A stretch of 29,484 nt of DNA from a virus. Taxonomy: Duplodnaviria > Caudoviricetes. The notes under the pieces were generated by a model. It did not search any database and was not told where the DNA came from. It saw nothing but the letters and a program-made list of their open reading frames with translations. Positions 28,737 through 29,484 of the stretch are shown piece by piece (the first letter of the stretch is position 1; every line of letters starts with the position of its first letter). Location of the stretch: IMG/VR virus record IMGVR_UViG_3300012953_000149, positions 1 to 29,484 of that record; one strand, 5' to 3'. A program made the position numbers and the translations under genes.

Positions 28737-28896
28737 CTGCTAGTATACTATTATCAAACTCAACCTTTTCATAGGTTATTTCATCTTTAAAATAAGATTT
28801 ATATATTCTACCCCATATAACTTCGAACTCCTCTTCGTTTAAATCTTTAAACAAGCATTTCTCTTGTAAGTATATGTGATAGATTGGTTTAGTCAT
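28723..28896 (-). CDS. Small hypothetical protein (57 aa)
   Basis: Track ORF 28723..28929. The start is moved to MTKPIYHIY at 28896, which overlaps the end of the upstream 58-aa gene by only 8 nt. Confidence 0.75.
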   Translation of the reverse strand: MTKPIYHIYLQEKCLFKDLNEEEFEVIWGRIYKSYFKDEITYEKVEFDNSILADASY

Positions 28897-29065
28897 CTTC
28901 TCGGTCTTTAATAATAATTTCGTTTCCATCTAAAGTTAATTCAATTTGCGAATCTTCGTACCACCCATAATCATTAATGACCCATTCTGGTATCTCAACA
29001 TAATACTTATTAGTAACTGAATCGACTTGTATGGATTCAAAGATTTTTCCAGAATTTTTTTTCAT
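28889..29065 (-). CDS. AbrB/MazE/SpoVT-like swapped-hairpin DNA-binding protein (58 aa)
   Basis: Not in the track. Hand translation: MKKNSGKIFESIQVDSVTNKYYVEIPEWVINDYGWYEDSQIELTLDGNEIIIKDREDD. The V.IP..V...GW.....IEL......III pattern fits the AbrB fold. Confidence 0.7.
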   Translation of the reverse strand: MKKNSGKIFESIQVDSVTNKYYVEIPEWVINDYGWYEDSQIELTLDGNEIIIKDREDD

Positions 29066-29237
29066 ATAAGTGAACCCTGTGTCGAAATTATATATGGGAA
29101 AAAAAATTTCAACTATCGTGACATTGAAAGGTCGATCTGGGTCGTTTATAGCTTAAGGGATCCATGCCTTTTTATATACACGACGGGGGACGGCAACCCC
29201 CCACCAGGGGGGGACTGCTGCTGTAACGAACGAATGA
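29066..29237. other. Structured intergenic element (cis-acting site or ncRNA)
   Basis: Largest non-coding gap in the window. It contains an inverted repeat at 29141-29150/29175-29184, G5/C6/G7 runs at 29185-29213 and an A8T3 tract at 29099-29109. Confidence 0.5.
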
Positions 29238-29483
29238 CTATGCGACTGCGGCGAATTTACTATTATTGAAGTTCGCATAACTGAACTGCGAACGATTCAC
29301 TAATTTGAAATATCCAAACCGTGAGATCATAACGTATCCCTCACCCTGAATCTGTTCAGTGTAGTTAACCCGTGTTTCAAACTCTGCATTATCCCTGCAG
29401 TAGTCTAACGCTCTCAACTTAAGTTCACGAACTGCACACCACAACTCAATCAAATTTGAATTACCGTAGTTTCCATCATCGTC
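29238..29483 (-). CDS. C-terminal part of a DUF6267-like, possibly ligase-fold protein (5' end outside the window)
   Basis: The frame stays open beyond the track start to the window edge (DDDGNYGNSNLIELW...). The C-terminus has GEGYV......FKLVNR..FS.ANF. Confidence 0.7.
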   Translation of the reverse strand, partial: DDDGNYGNSNLIELWCAVRELKLRALDYCRDNAEFETRVNYTEQIQGEGYVMISRFGYFKLVNRSQFSYANFNNSKFAAVA

Positions 29484-29484
29484 A

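Noticed and set aside
28897-28929. Longer start (METKLLLK) for the 57-aa gene
   Set aside because: It lies inside the AbrB-like ORF. The ATG at 28896 gives a tighter junction and matches the length of its apparent paralogue.
29087-29112. Sigma70 promoter TTGAAA...TATAAT upstream of the AbrB-like gene
   Set aside because: The spacer is only 14 nt. The -10 box alone might function, but this cannot be supported from the sequence.
29197-29213. C6-ACCA-G7 hairpin as an intrinsic terminator
   Set aside because: There is no adjacent U tract on either strand. It is kept as part of the structured element instead.
29027-29269. 80-aa plus-strand ORF across the non-coding element
   Set aside because: It starts at TTG, runs against every real gene, overlaps two minus-strand genes and has an implausible sequence.
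1-29484. CRISPR array, tRNA, rRNA or insertion sequence
   Set aside because: No repeat-spacer pattern, cloverleaf or transposase was seen, and the non-coding gaps are very small.

Overview
AT-rich segment of a T4-like (myovirus) phage genome, most likely a marine cyanophage of the Prochlorococcus/Synechococcus type. Essentially all genes are on the minus strand. In transcription order (right to left) the window holds: the 3' end of a ligase-fold/DUF6267-like gene; a ~170-bp structured non-coding element; and a cluster of small genes (AbrB-like protein, two apparent paralogous acidic mini-proteins, a 2OG-Fe(II) oxygenase, a GT-A glycosyltransferase behind a perfect sigma70 promoter, and a very basic 48-aa peptide) closed by an intrinsic terminator. 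The late baseplate/neck module follows, with three TATAAATA late promoters: gp25, gp6, a 4541-aa gp7-like protein, gp8, a 2403-aa VrlC/DUF4815-like protein, three fibre/adaptor-type genes and the start of gp13. Four genes missing from the ORF track were translated by hand (gp13 5' part and the 48-aa, 56-aa and 58-aa ORFs). The most notable observations are the structured non-coding element, a G-[IVL]-x-[TS] motif spread across unrelated virion proteins next to an oxygenase/glycosyltransferase pair, and nested domain insertions in gp7. Family calls come from motif recognition and gene order, not from database searches.
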